Below are positions 8,381-18,332 of a stretch of 64,000 nucleotides of DNA, piece after piece. A program made the translations under genes and the position numbers. This stretch comes from an uncultured bacterium (lineage in GTDB: Bacteria; Cyanobacteriota; Cyanobacteriia; Cyanobacteriales; Chamaesiphonaceae). The notes beneath the pieces are model-generated. The model saw only the letters and a program-made list of their open reading frames with translations. It searched no databases and had not been told where the DNA came from. Each line of letters begins with the position of its first letter. Positions within the stretch are counted from its first letter, which is position 1. The DNA is taken from NCBI GenBank assembly GCA_964247125.1, contig CAXTSZ010000002.1, forward strand, positions 2,825 to 66,824, in the 5' to 3' direction.

Positions 8381-9137
8381 AGGAACTCGGCGGTACATCT
8401 TGCCACCGACCTGGTCCAACGGATTGCAGGGCATCGGTTAGAGTGATCGCGCCATTGTATAGGGCTTTACCGACAATGACTCCCGTCACTCCGATCGGCT
8501 CTAATGCTAATAAATTTAGTAAATCGCGCACACAACCCACGCCCCCCGAGGCAATCACTGGCACAGTAGTACTGTTAGCCACTGCTGTTAATGCCTCCAA
8601 ATTAGGACCAACTAAAGTACCATCCCGCTGAATATCGGTATAAATAATTGCCGCTGCTCCCCAATCAGCCATTTGCTGTGCCAGGTCGGTGGCTTGCATA
8701 CTGGAAGTCTCTAGCCAGCCTCTGGTGGCTATTTGGCCATCCCGAGCATCCATTCCGATCACAATTTGGCCAGGATACTGCCGACAAAGTTCTTGTACTA
8801 GTGGGGGCTGTTCGATCGCAATGGTGCCCAGAATAACTCTCTCTACGCCTAAATCTAATAACGCCTTAATTGCATGGCCATTGCGCAAGCCACCACCCAC
8901 CTGAATACTCATCTGGCTCACCGCCTGAACAATCTGACTAATTATCGCTAAATTCTCGGGCTGACCAGATTTTGCTCCATCCAAGTCTACTAAATGGAGC
9001 TTAGTGGCTCCTTGGTCTTGCCATTTTTGGGCAACCGCTACAGGATTCTCATCAAAAACTTGGGATTGGGCGTAGTCTCCTTGGTAAAGTCGCACACAGT
9101 TACCACCCAAAAGATCGATCGCCGGGAAAATATCCAT
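8367..9137 (-). CDS. hisA: ProFAR isomerase HisA
   Basis: [22 protein letters not shown]...[11 protein letters not shown]...GGGLR...ASGGV are canonical HisA motifs. Confidence 0.9.
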   Translation of the reverse strand: MDIFPAIDLLGGNCVRLYQGDYAQSQVFDENPVAVAQKWQDQGATKLHLVDLDGAKSGQPENLAIISQIVQAVSQMSIQVGGGLRNGHAIKALLDLGVERVILGTIAIEQPPLVQELCRQYPGQIVIGMDARDGQIATRGWLETSSMQATDLAQQMADWGAAAIIYTDIQRDGTLVGPNLEALTAVANSTTVPVIASGGVGCVRDLLNLLALEPIGVTGVIVGKALYNGAITLTDALQSVGPGRWQDVPPSSSSFA

Positions 9138-9192
9138 AGAGCCTAGAGATAGAAATTACCTTGATATTTTAGGTCTAATTGGCTGTGCGCTA

Positions 9193-9669
9193 TTAGCTGG
9201 GGGAGTTTTTGTTATTGGCGGTACAACCAGCTTCTTTCAGTAAGCGATTGATGTGGCGGGCGCTCACCGAAATACCCAACTCGGCCTCTAAATGTCGCCG
9301 CAATCCCTCACCAGTCCAGTGGGGAAATTCATAGCCAAATTGCTGAGGGGCCAGACTAGCCAGCTCGATCAGCCGCTGAAGATACTGATCGTTGACAGTT
9401 TTCGGTCTACCGATCGGCTGTTCCTGCCAGAGATGAGATTGATTGGTTTTAACCATCATCATCCAATGTCTGGCCGTGAGTGGCGAGCAACCAATGAGCC
9501 GACAAATTTGGATTTGACTGTGGCCCACATCGGCCAACAGCATAATATCAATGCGTTGACGGTACTCAGACGACAGTTTTTGCTTTAATTCTTGCTCTAG
9601 TAACTGACGTTGGAGAATAGTCAGATACCGACTTAGTTGTGGAACCATAAGTTGCTGCTCAATTATCAT
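9193..9669 (-). CDS. IS630/Tc1-mariner-type transposase N-terminal HTH-like protein without a DDE domain
   Basis: 158 aa. Paired HTH layout (IQICRLIGCSPLTARHWM ... GRPKTVNDQYLQRLIELA ... WTGEGLRRHLEAELGISVSARHINRLLKEAG) like the DNA-binding half of IS630 transposases. No catalytic ORF follows, because hisA starts 55 nt downstream. Confidence 0.55.
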   Translation of the reverse strand: MIIEQQLMVPQLSRYLTILQRQLLEQELKQKLSSEYRQRIDIMLLADVGHSQIQICRLIGCSPLTARHWMMMVKTNQSHLWQEQPIGRPKTVNDQYLQRLIELASLAPQQFGYEFPHWTGEGLRRHLEAELGISVSARHINRLLKEAGCTANNKNSPS

Positions 9670-10139
9670 AGAACCTCTTGAATTATCAAAAATATTGCTT
9701 AAATTAAAATCTCATCTTGATAAGAACTGAGCTATCAGCAGAGTCTCATTTTTCAGACTTCATTCACCAACGTAGCCAACTACTAAAAATTCTGACTCAA
9801 TGTCCCATCATTGGAGATCCGCTAAATGTATGATTTAGATCAATCTTTTCTTGTGATTTGGATCACAAGAAAAAATTAAAACCACCAATAGTGATTCTAC
9901 TGAGGTATCTAGACAAATTAAGTTGTTAAGATGGCAAAGGAAAATCACCCAAAAAAGTCTCCAGTATTTTCAATTAACTAACTTAGAAAAATATTCCGGT
10001 TATGGAACCTGGGGACAGAATATATTAACTATCCGTACTCCGTAGCAAGCTTCCACAATTCGGGTATAGAGATAGCAACGAATGTGTAGAGCATTTTTTA
10101 TTAAAAACAACTATCTTCTGGACATCACCACTAGCCCCA

Positions 10140-10931
10140 ATGATCATAGAGCCTGTAACTAATAACTCTTTATCACAAAAATTAAGTGATTTAAAATCGA
10201 CCCTATTCACTGGCAAACTTTCCTTGCGCGGGCATGCTGGCCAACAATGGCATATACACTTTTATTTAGGGCGAATTCTGTATGCTAGCGGTGGTAATCA
10301 TGGTGTGCGGCGGTGGTTGAGAAGCCTCTCCATATATTGCTTTGCTGCCGATATCTACAAACCAGATTCCTTTGACCGTTTGACAGATATCTCCCCCCTT
10401 AATGAATATGAAATCTTAACATCTTGGGAATACTTCTTACTGATCAACTGGGTTAGAAACAAAAAAATATCCAGACAAAATGCTATTACTTTAATCCAAG
10501 CAGTCATTGTTGAAGTTATTTTTGATATCAATCAATCTATAAATTCTACTTGTGAAGTAATTGCCGAGGAACAGCTAAGTCCTCAACTAGCGTTGTTTGA
10601 CACTGGACATATTTATGCTGATGGCCTGCGGGCTTGGCAAAGCTGGCAGGCAGCCCAGCTCTCGGCTATTTCTCCCGATCAATCACCGGTAATTAGTCAA
10701 CCAGAAATAGTCCGGCTGGATTTCACGAGCACCAACTATGCAGCCTTGACAGTACTATTGGATGGCAAGCGCAGTTTACGAGAAATTGCGGCTCAAACTC
10801 GGCGCAGTGTATTAGAAATATCTGTGTCGCTGGCACCCTACATCCAGAAAGGTGGTGTCAGCCTAGTCAACATTCCAGATTTTGTCAGCCCAGCTGAACA
10901 ATATTTTAGAGTTGGACATGCCCGGTATTAA
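10140..10931 (+). CDS. DUF4388 (PATAN) domain protein, second copy
   Basis: LSDLKSTLFTGKLSLRGHAGQQWHIHFYLGRILYASGG is a PATAN-like N-terminus. The C-terminal LLDGKRSLREIAAQTRRSVLEISVSL segment is winged-helix-like. Confidence 0.6.
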   Translation: MIIEPVTNNSLSQKLSDLKSTLFTGKLSLRGHAGQQWHIHFYLGRILYASGGNHGVRRWLRSLSIYCFAADIYKPDSFDRLTDISPLNEYEILTSWEYFLLINWVRNKKISRQNAITLIQAVIVEVIFDINQSINSTCEVIAEEQLSPQLALFDTGHIYADGLRAWQSWQAAQLSAISPDQSPVISQPEIVRLDFTSTNYAALTVLLDGKRSLREIAAQTRRSVLEISVSLAPYIQKGGVSLVNIPDFVSPAEQYFRVGHARY

Positions 10932-10964
10932 TGGCGAAGCAAGATATAACTAGTAAACCGGTTC

Positions 10965-12191
10965 TTACATCAGCTGCCGGACAATAGCAACAATTCGAGC
11001 AGCTGCCCCCGTAGTTCCCCGGGTATCAGCTAAATCTGCTTGCATTTGCACTAATTTTTCTGGGTGGTCAAGGAAATCAATCACCAAAGTAGCTACTGCC
11101 GATACCGTGATTTTGCCCACCAGTTCGGGAACAATTTCTCGACCAGCCCAGATATTTGGCCAAGCAAACTTACGATTATTCAGCTGTTTAAAAGCCACCC
11201 AATTAATCAGTTTACTGATGGGGGTGCCAACGGCAGGCAACCTGGCCACCATCCCCAATAGGCCATCCCAACTGCGCATCGCATCTAGTTGATAGATGGG
11301 TAACAATACAATCATCGGGATACCCAGCGCCGCCAGTTCTGCTGTATTTGCCCCGATCGTAGTTAAGCACAAGGTACATTGACTGAGGATGTCGTAAGCC
11401 GGAAATTCTGGATGCAAAGTAACCTTCAGACCCTGAGCCGTCTGGAGATAAGATTCATCGCCAGTAACTAGCGTCGCGGTAGTTCCCTGCACCATTTCTA
11501 CTACCGGATTTTGAGTAGTATCGGCAAACTGTGCCAGATACTCGATCGAGATCGCTGGCGCTACTGGCAGAATAAATGTGGTAGCTGGTCGGGCTGCTTG
11601 GACGGCTTCGGCGATCGCCAGAGTAAACGGTAAGCCCATTTGGAGCTTCTGTGCTTTTGACCCAGGCAATAAACCGATCAGAGCGGTGGGGCGCGGCGAC
11701 AGTTCTCGCTGGGTTTGGCCAGCCTCTAGCATCAAGTCGCCAACGACAGTGGCTTTATGCTGATACTGAGCGGGCATGGTCGCTAACACCCGCTCGTTCA
11801 TCACGGCAAAGCGATCGATATACTTTGGCCACCGCGCTGCCAACTCAGCATAAATCAAAGTTTTATAACGAAGTCTTTTGCCAATCAAAACTGGAAATAT
11901 CTGATCGCCACCCAGAAAAATTACTAGTCCCCGCTCGTGCCAATCCCAACGATCGACAGTCTTTCCCCACAACAAAAAATCCCAGAAATATTCAGCAGAT
12001 TGTGACCGGTCAACACCAGGATAAGCTAGGGCAATTTCGGCTTCCCGCCCACCAGCATTCGGGCATGGTGACAAAACCACCGAAATCCGGGCGGCATCAG
12101 CAGCCCATTCTGCCCGCAGCGCTTGCACCACCGGTCTCACCCAAGTGGCAATCTCGCCAGGACCATTGGAAAGAATGAGGATATCTAGCAT
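10965..12191 (-). CDS. Lipid-A-disaccharide synthase-related protein (LpxB-like GT-B fold, TIGR03492-type)
   Basis: 408 aa. MLDILILSNGPGEIATWVRPVV..., later LLPGSK and TIGANTAELAALGIPMIV blocks resemble GT-B LpxB-related proteins conserved in cyanobacteria. Confidence 0.6.
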   Translation of the reverse strand: MLDILILSNGPGEIATWVRPVVQALRAEWAADAARISVVLSPCPNAGGREAEIALAYPGVDRSQSAEYFWDFLLWGKTVDRWDWHERGLVIFLGGDQIFPVLIGKRLRYKTLIYAELAARWPKYIDRFAVMNERVLATMPAQYQHKATVVGDLMLEAGQTQRELSPRPTALIGLLPGSKAQKLQMGLPFTLAIAEAVQAARPATTFILPVAPAISIEYLAQFADTTQNPVVEMVQGTTATLVTGDESYLQTAQGLKVTLHPEFPAYDILSQCTLCLTTIGANTAELAALGIPMIVLLPIYQLDAMRSWDGLLGMVARLPAVGTPISKLINWVAFKQLNNRKFAWPNIWAGREIVPELVGKITVSAVATLVIDFLDHPEKLVQMQADLADTRGTTGAAARIVAIVRQLM

Positions 12192-12205
12192 GGCTACTGT
12201 TTAAG

Positions 12206-13123
12206 CTAAAAAACCACCGGATACACCCAGTCTTGGTAGTCATGATGCTGGCCTTGGGTAATGGCGGTCAGCTCCTGCTGGAGCTTTTGGGTGATGGAGC
12301 CAGGAGCCTGCGGCACGGTGTAGTTTTCAATGCGACTCACTGCCGAAATTTTGGCAGCTGTCCCGCACAAGAAAATCTCATCGGCAATAAATAGCTCTGA
12401 TTTATCGATCGGTCTTTCGACCACTTCAATACCCAGCTTCTTGGCCACCACCATGATGCTATCGCGGGTGATTCCTTCCAAAATATCTTGGTCAGCACCG
12501 GGCGTAAAAAGTCGACCATCCCGCACCATAAAAATGTTCATCCCGGTAGCTTCCGCTACTTTCCCTTGGGAGTTTAGCAAAATTGCTTCATCAAACCCGG
12601 AAGCATGGGCCTCAGTCTTAGCCAGGGAGGACGTAATGTAAGCACCACTAATTTTGCCGCGCAGTGGCAAGCTAATGTCTTCTTGACGATGCCAAGAACT
12701 CATCCGGCAACTGACCCCTCCCGGTTTGGCTAAATATTCACCTAGCGATAGGCCATAGATAAAGAAATTTTGAGCAATATCGTGCAGCCGAGGCGCAATG
12801 CCCAATCCTGATGAGTAGATAAAAGGCCGAATGTAAAAAGGCTTGGTGGGTTTGTTCTGCCGTACAAACTCCACAATATTGGCTTGAATCTTATCAGCCG
12901 GCAAGTCGTAATGCATGTATCTAGCGCTATTGCTGAGTCGCTGACAATGGCGATCGAGCCGAAACAAAATTGCTTGGTGAGGATGGGCTTCATCTACATA
13001 GCCACGCAGGCCACCAAATGCACCGGTGCCATAATGCAGGGCATGAGTTGCAATCGAAATGTTAGCTTCCTTAAAGGGGACAAATTGGCCTTCAAAATAG
13101 GCGATCGGTAAAAAATCTTCCAT
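12206..13123 (-). CDS. ilvE: Branched-chain amino acid aminotransferase
   Basis: 305 aa. HALHYGTGAFGGLRGY, ...YIRP..., EATGMNIFMV, GITRDS are class IV aminotransferase motifs. Confidence 0.9.
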   Translation of the reverse strand: MEDFLPIAYFEGQFVPFKEANISIATHALHYGTGAFGGLRGYVDEAHPHQAILFRLDRHCQRLSNSARYMHYDLPADKIQANIVEFVRQNKPTKPFYIRPFIYSSGLGIAPRLHDIAQNFFIYGLSLGEYLAKPGGVSCRMSSWHRQEDISLPLRGKISGAYITSSLAKTEAHASGFDEAILLNSQGKVAEATGMNIFMVRDGRLFTPGADQDILEGITRDSIMVVAKKLGIEVVERPIDKSELFIADEIFLCGTAAKISAVSRIENYTVPQAPGSITQKLQQELTAITQGQHHDYQDWVYPVVF

Positions 13124-13233
13124 AGGTCTGTAGTGAAATTAAAACAGGTGGCCATCCCGAAGGATATATCTTAGCAGAAAACTAGGAGCAGTCCTATGTC
13201 TCAGCACCTAACACTCGCGATAAATATGATGAT

Positions 13234-14736
13234 TCAAGTGTATTGTTTTAGTCTGTTGTGATACAAAGCCACAATCTGAATGACGACCTGCTCGATCGAC
13301 ATGCCATCTGTCACAATTTCTACTGCATCACTGGCCTTTTGGAGAGGTGCGATCGATCTGGTACTATCCAAATAATCACGATCGGCAATCATTTTTTCTA
13401 ATTCTTTCAGATCCACATGGGCTTGACCCTGATTTTTCAGATCCTCCAGCCGTCGTCTGGCTCTCTCGGCTACTGTCGCCGTCAAAAATATCTTGACCTG
13501 AGCATCCGGGAAAACGTAGGTACACATATCTCGCCCCTCGGCCACTAGCCCGCCCGATCGTCCGATCGCTTGCTGTTGTTGAACTAAAGCAGTGCGGACT
13601 GCTCCCAAAGCAGCAATTACCGAAACCTGGCTGGTCACCGCTAACGTCCGAATCACCGCACTGACATCTTGGCCATTGATCAATACCTGGGTGCCCTGTA
13701 GCTCAATCTGTGATTGGGCAATCAGGTCAGCGATTTCGGCTTCGTTGTCCAGCGCTAACTGAGACTCTAGTACCAACCACGTCACGGCCCGATACATTGC
13801 GCCCGTATCGAGAAACTGTAAACCTAATTCTTTTGCTACCAATTTAGTGACGGTTGATTTGCCCGCCCCGGCTGGACCATCGATCGCAATAATCGGCAAT
13901 CTTTGCGATAGCTGAATATTATCAATCAATCTGGTATTGCCAACTCGGATGGCGATCGCCAGTAAGCCATCTTGTTCAATTTTTTTAATGGCCTGCATGG
14001 TCTGTGGATCAACTAGTTCTAAATACTCTAGCTGCATGACTGGTAACAATTGAGCTTGAGCCGCAGCGATTAATGGTGCTGTTTGGGACTCACCCTGCCG
14101 AAACAAAGTTTGGGCGGCCTGTAAACTCCGATAAATACCAGCAGCCTGCTCTTGGTCAGTAGCACTGAGATATTGATTCCGCGAACTCATGGCCAGTCCA
14201 GAATCTGCCCGCACGATCGGACAACCCACAATTTGCACTGGTATATTCAGATCAGCCACCAGTCGCCGGATGATCGCCAGTTGCTGCGCGTCCTTTTGGC
14301 CAAAATAAGCGCGGGTGGGCTGCACGATATGCAACAGCTTGGTGACGATGGTCGCCACGCCCGTAAAGTGATCAGGTCGTGACTGGCCGCACAGATTATT
14401 GGTCAGGCTGGCGGGCGGAACGACCTGACTCATGTCGCCCAGGATACCGATCGATTGGCTAGTGGGGATAAATAAGGCATCGACACCCGCTTGGGCACAT
14501 AATTCCTGGTCTTGTGCTAGCTGCCGGGGATATTTAGCTAAATCTTCGGTCGGCGCAAATTGCAGCGGATTCACAAAAATACTGACCACCACCCGCTCAT
14601 TTTCCCGGCGTGCTCGATCGATCAAACTCCGGTGGCCTTCATGCAAAGCACCCATTGTCGGTACCAATCCCACCGTTTGTTGCTTCTGAGCATCTAGATA
14701 GCAGCGCAAGCCAAGAATCGTCTGGAAAGAAAGCAT
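13234..14736 (-). CDS. panC: Bifunctional pantoate--beta-alanine ligase / cytidylate kinase
   Basis: The N-terminal half has VPTMGALHEGHRSL (PanC HIGH-like motif). The C-terminal half has IAIDGPAGAGKSTV (Cmk P-loop). This fusion is characteristic of cyanobacteria. Confidence 0.9.
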   Translation of the reverse strand: MLSFQTILGLRCYLDAQKQQTVGLVPTMGALHEGHRSLIDRARRENERVVVSIFVNPLQFAPTEDLAKYPRQLAQDQELCAQAGVDALFIPTSQSIGILGDMSQVVPPASLTNNLCGQSRPDHFTGVATIVTKLLHIVQPTRAYFGQKDAQQLAIIRRLVADLNIPVQIVGCPIVRADSGLAMSSRNQYLSATDQEQAAGIYRSLQAAQTLFRQGESQTAPLIAAAQAQLLPVMQLEYLELVDPQTMQAIKKIEQDGLLAIAIRVGNTRLIDNIQLSQRLPIIAIDGPAGAGKSTVTKLVAKELGLQFLDTGAMYRAVTWLVLESQLALDNEAEIADLIAQSQIELQGTQVLINGQDVSAVIRTLAVTSQVSVIAALGAVRTALVQQQQAIGRSGGLVAEGRDMCTYVFPDAQVKIFLTATVAERARRRLEDLKNQGQAHVDLKELEKMIADRDYLDSTRSIAPLQKASDAVEIVTDGMSIEQVVIQIVALYHNRLKQYT

Positions 14737-14749
14737 GGGAAGTTATAAA

Positions 14750-15244
14750 TCAATTCAAGTATTTAACATACACGCGATCGCACCGCGCTGTTTCAACGCC
14801 AGTGGCTGGTAGGTAACCACTGCTTTCGTAAAGCTGCACCGCTTCAGCTAATACAGTCGCGGTCTCCACCCAGATTTCGTGAAAGTTTTTGTGAGCAATC
14901 GATTTCTCTAGTTCAGCTAGTAAAAACCGACCGCAACCCTTGCCCCGGCTGGCTGGTAGTAAATACATTTTACGAATTTCTACGGCCTGTTCACCACGCT
15001 CAATCGGATAGTAGCCACCACTGCCTACAATTTTGCCTTGTTGTTCCACCGTCCAAAATTCACCACCACGATCGAGATAATACTTTTCAATTTCCAAGAC
15101 ATCCCGGTCGGCCAACTCTGGTTCCCAACCCAAGCCATATTCAGCCAACACGCTGCCAATTACTTGGGCAATGGCCTGTCGATCGGCTGGTTGCCAAGGT
15201 CGCACCAAAAAATCCTGGTAGATGATCATAACAGGGTGATTCAA
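14750..15244 (-). CDS. GNAT family N-acetyltransferase
   Basis: 164 aa. The RGKGCGRFLL acetyl-CoA binding (R/Q-x-x-G-x-G/A) motif. Confidence 0.8.
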   Translation of the reverse strand: MNHPVMIIYQDFLVRPWQPADRQAIAQVIGSVLAEYGLGWEPELADRDVLEIEKYYLDRGGEFWTVEQQGKIVGSGGYYPIERGEQAVEIRKMYLLPASRGKGCGRFLLAELEKSIAHKNFHEIWVETATVLAEAVQLYESSGYLPATGVETARCDRVYVKYLN

Positions 15245-15840
15245 CTGTGAATGCGGGGTTCGGGATGCAAAGTACTGAGCAAATCGCTTTCAATCTCAGC
15301 TAACTCCGCTAACCGGGTTTGGACTAGCGATCTGTCGAAGTAAGTATCCGCCAACGACCAAAAAGCCCCAAAATGCCGTGCTTCCGAGGCCATCAAGCTG
15401 CGATAGAAAGCCGCTAATTTTTGGTCGGGCAGATGGGCAGCCAAGAGTCCTAACCTTTCATGCGAGCGGGCTTCAATGAGGCAACCCACCAACAAAGAAT
15501 CCAACAATCGCTCTTGGCCGTTCGATCGAATCTGCTTCTTCAGACCCGCAGCATAAGGTGGAGAGTTTAGTGCGGCCTGGGCAATGTGGCGATCGGCCAA
15601 AATTTTGTTAACCTGGCTAAAATGTTCTAGCTCTTCTTTAGCGATCGCTGTTAAATATTCAATGAGTTTGGGATAACTAGGATAGCGAAAGATTAAATTC
15701 AGAGCATTATTGGCAGCTTTCAGCTCACAGTGTGAGTGATCTAGTAAGATAATGTCAATATGCTCTAACGCCTGCTCCAACCAAGCAAAGCTAGTCGCTT
15801 GGCGAATTAAATTAATTGTCGGATGAGTTGCAATTGTCAT
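15241..15840 (-). CDS. miaE: tRNA-(ms2io6A37)-hydroxylase MiaE (di-iron)
   Basis: LLDHSHCELKAANNALNLIFRY, EELEHF, EARSHERL and SEARHF are ferritin-like di-iron ExxH motifs typical of MiaE. It overlaps the GNAT gene by 4 nt. Confidence 0.8.
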   Translation of the reverse strand: MTIATHPTINLIRQATSFAWLEQALEHIDIILLDHSHCELKAANNALNLIFRYPSYPKLIEYLTAIAKEELEHFSQVNKILADRHIAQAALNSPPYAAGLKKQIRSNGQERLLDSLLVGCLIEARSHERLGLLAAHLPDQKLAAFYRSLMASEARHFGAFWSLADTYFDRSLVQTRLAELAEIESDLLSTLHPEPRIHS

Positions 15841-15947
15841 GGAATAAATATAACAAGCTTATAGATCACCGTGGGTATCTATAATACTTAAGTATTAACA
15901 CTAACCACTCCCACTTGATGGTGTCCGTTTGCCTACCATAGCTACCT

Positions 15948-16709
15948 ATGTTCAACTTTTTCTCTAAACCTGCTAACAAAAACCGTCGAGTAATCATTGG
16001 TGACGTACATGGTCATTATGATGGCTTGGTTTCGCTACTAGAAAAAGTGGAGCTGGACAGTAACGATCAAGTTTACTTTCTGGGAGACCTCATTGACCGC
16101 GGACCCAAGAGTGCCGAAGTTGTGAAATTTTTGCGCGACAACCAGTATCCCTGTCTACTGGGTAATCACGAGGTCATGTTGCTGCGTGCCGTGAGCGAAG
16201 CAGAACAAGACGATCGCGTTTTGAAATTTTGGCTACAAGCTGGTGGTGATGCCACGCTGGATAGTTATGGGCCAGAGGGGATTTTAAAATCTGATCTAGA
16301 TTGGATGGCTAGTTTGCCCACTTATTTAGATCTGGGCGATGTTTGGCTCGTCCATGCGGGCGTTGACCCATACCTTCGTCTAGATCAACAGGGCGAGCAA
16401 CAGTTTTGCTGGATGCGCGAAAAATTCTTTAGTTCCGCCTTTCCCTATTTTGAAAACAAACTAATTGTGACTGGTCACACTATCACCTTTACACTGCCCG
16501 GTGTTGCACCGGGCGAATTAGCCGCAGGAGTGGGTTGGCTAAATATTGAAACTGGTGCTTACCACCGCAAGAGTGGCTGGATGACGGCTTTAGATATTGA
16601 CAACAAACTAGTGCACCAATTCAACGTTTTCAGTAAAAAATCCCGGTGCAAAAAGCTCGATCAAATTACCAAGCAAATTGACCCGAACCGAGTGACGGCC
16701 TATAACTAG
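15948..16709 (+). CDS. PPP-family metallophosphoesterase (Ser/Thr phosphatase / ApaH-like)
   Basis: GDVHGHYDGL, GDLIDRGP, GNHE and a later GHT motif. Confidence 0.85.
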   Translation: MFNFFSKPANKNRRVIIGDVHGHYDGLVSLLEKVELDSNDQVYFLGDLIDRGPKSAEVVKFLRDNQYPCLLGNHEVMLLRAVSEAEQDDRVLKFWLQAGGDATLDSYGPEGILKSDLDWMASLPTYLDLGDVWLVHAGVDPYLRLDQQGEQQFCWMREKFFSSAFPYFENKLIVTGHTITFTLPGVAPGELAAGVGWLNIETGAYHRKSGWMTALDIDNKLVHQFNVFSKKSRCKKLDQITKQIDPNRVTAYN

Positions 16710-17602
16710 CGGAGCTGCTTAAAAGAAGTGGAGTTGCTAGAAGTAGCGGCTTTATTGGAAACACTACCAAAGTAAGACTGGATACGTTGTCGATAGGAAG
16801 ATCCATCTAGTCCGTAGGTTTGACTGCGGTATTGTACTGGAGTAAGACGTTGCAGATTGGCCACGCGATCGGGTGATGACGGATGAGTACTCAAAAAAGT
16901 TGGCGGATTACTGGCACTATTCAGTTTCTTCATGAACTCTGGCATCGCCGAAGGAGCATAGTTTGCCCGAATCAAGTTATCCAAGCCCCGTCGATCGGCA
17001 TCATATTCATCCGTCCGACTTTGGGGGCGGCGCAACGCTAGCTCGACCCCCACCTGCGCTAAAGTATTTTGGTCGACACCAGCGAGGGAACTAATGCCGC
17101 TAGCAATCATGCGCTGCTTGAGCTGTTCAATACTGTGACGGCCAGTAATATGACCAATTTCATGACCAATCACCCCCGCCAATTGGGCTTCATTGTCAGC
17201 TATTTTCATTAAGCCACTATTGATGTACACATAACCTCCCATCGTAGCGAAAGCATTGATATTTTCGTCTTGGACTACTTGAAAGGTGTATTTGATACTA
17301 GGCCGAGCGCTCACCCGCGCCAGCTTTTGACCAATCCCATCAACATAAGCATTGGCTTCCCGGCTGGGGTGCAACTTGACTTGACCAAGGATCTGTTGGT
17401 TGGTCGTTGCACCCAACTGCATCTCCTGCTGATCCGAAATATTAGATACCTGGATGAGTTGGGCACCGCGAAGAATTAGCTCAAACAACGGAACAGCTCG
17501 GCCTGGTTGAGGCGTAAACAGTGCGATCAAGGCGGACATCACCACCGCGATGAAAATGTATAGACGGCGCTTGGGAATATTCTTAAAATAGTTGTTGAAC
17601 AT
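16706..17602 (-). CDS. M48-family zinc metalloprotease with N-terminal membrane anchor
   Basis: HEIGHITGRH (HExxH) and an N-terminal hydrophobic helix YIFIAVVMSALIALF. Confidence 0.85.
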   Translation of the reverse strand: MFNNYFKNIPKRRLYIFIAVVMSALIALFTPQPGRAVPLFELILRGAQLIQVSNISDQQEMQLGATTNQQILGQVKLHPSREANAYVDGIGQKLARVSARPSIKYTFQVVQDENINAFATMGGYVYINSGLMKIADNEAQLAGVIGHEIGHITGRHSIEQLKQRMIASGISSLAGVDQNTLAQVGVELALRRPQSRTDEYDADRRGLDNLIRANYAPSAMPEFMKKLNSASNPPTFLSTHPSSPDRVANLQRLTPVQYRSQTYGLDGSSYRQRIQSYFGSVSNKAATSSNSTSFKQLR

Positions 17603-17702
17603 AAATGTAAGTTACTACTTAGGCAAGACGTTTGACAAAGGGGATAGAAAAATTGATACTGCTTACTGATACGTTTTAAGAGCAGCATCCAGGAAATTAA
17701 TT

Positions 17703-18269
17703 ATGTCTATTCTAGATCGACAGGGCAGATTATTTGGGAAAATCAGCATCCTTGATGTTGGTGCAGCCTTGGTGATCATGACAGCGATCATCGGCATTTT
17801 CTTTATTCCAGCGGGTAATAGCTCTGGTCCGGTGGTCGGCGGTAAAACTGAAACGGCGGAAGTAGATGTAGTAGTGCGTGGTTTGAATGTTTTAAACCCT
17901 GATAAACTGCGGGAAGATTTTAAGCCAGGGCGTAAATTAAACTTTTTGATTCGGAACCAACCAGCTGGCTCCGTAGAAATTAAGAACGTGCGACAGCTAG
18001 AAAGACTATTGGCACTACCTTTACCCGATGGCACAGCCAAAGCTGTCAAAGATCCGCGTCCCGATTCTTTGAGTACAGATTTGATTATTACGGTTGCTGG
18101 TCAGGGTCAATCGACCGAAGGTGGTTTCACTTTGGGTGGAACAAAAGTTAAAATCGGGACATCCGTAGAAATAGACCAGCAAAACTACAATTTTAATGCC
18201 AGTGTGATTGATGTGCGTTTTGGTGATGCTCTCAAAAAAGCTAGCCTTGTCCCAGCGCCCCGGCCATAG
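17703..18269 (+). CDS. DUF4330 domain protein
   Basis: MSILDRQGRLFGKISILDVGAALVIMTAIIGIFFIP is the characteristic DUF4330 N-terminus. Confidence 0.7.
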   Translation: MSILDRQGRLFGKISILDVGAALVIMTAIIGIFFIPAGNSSGPVVGGKTETAEVDVVVRGLNVLNPDKLREDFKPGRKLNFLIRNQPAGSVEIKNVRQLERLLALPLPDGTAKAVKDPRPDSLSTDLIITVAGQGQSTEGGFTLGGTKVKIGTSVEIDQQNYNFNASVIDVRFGDALKKASLVPAPRP

Positions 18270-18332
18270 AGCAAAATAATGGCCACCTGGAGCAGACTAT
18301 CAACTGACCTGAAATTCCCAAATTAATAACTT

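Noticed and set aside
9193-9669. Calling this an insertion sequence or mobile element
   Set aside because: Only the HTH half is present. There is no DDE ORF, no terminal inverted repeats and no target duplication, so it is annotated as a CDS rather than a mobile element.
11651-12178. 175-aa ORF antisense to the LpxB-related gene. The same class includes 18366..18842, 17663..18049, 40506..40883, 48335..48715, 53803..54192, 56059..56580 and 61428..61844.
   Set aside because: These are long antisense or alternate-frame ORFs inside well-supported genes. They have Arg/Ser/Pro-rich low-complexity translations typical of non-coding frames in moderately GC-rich DNA.
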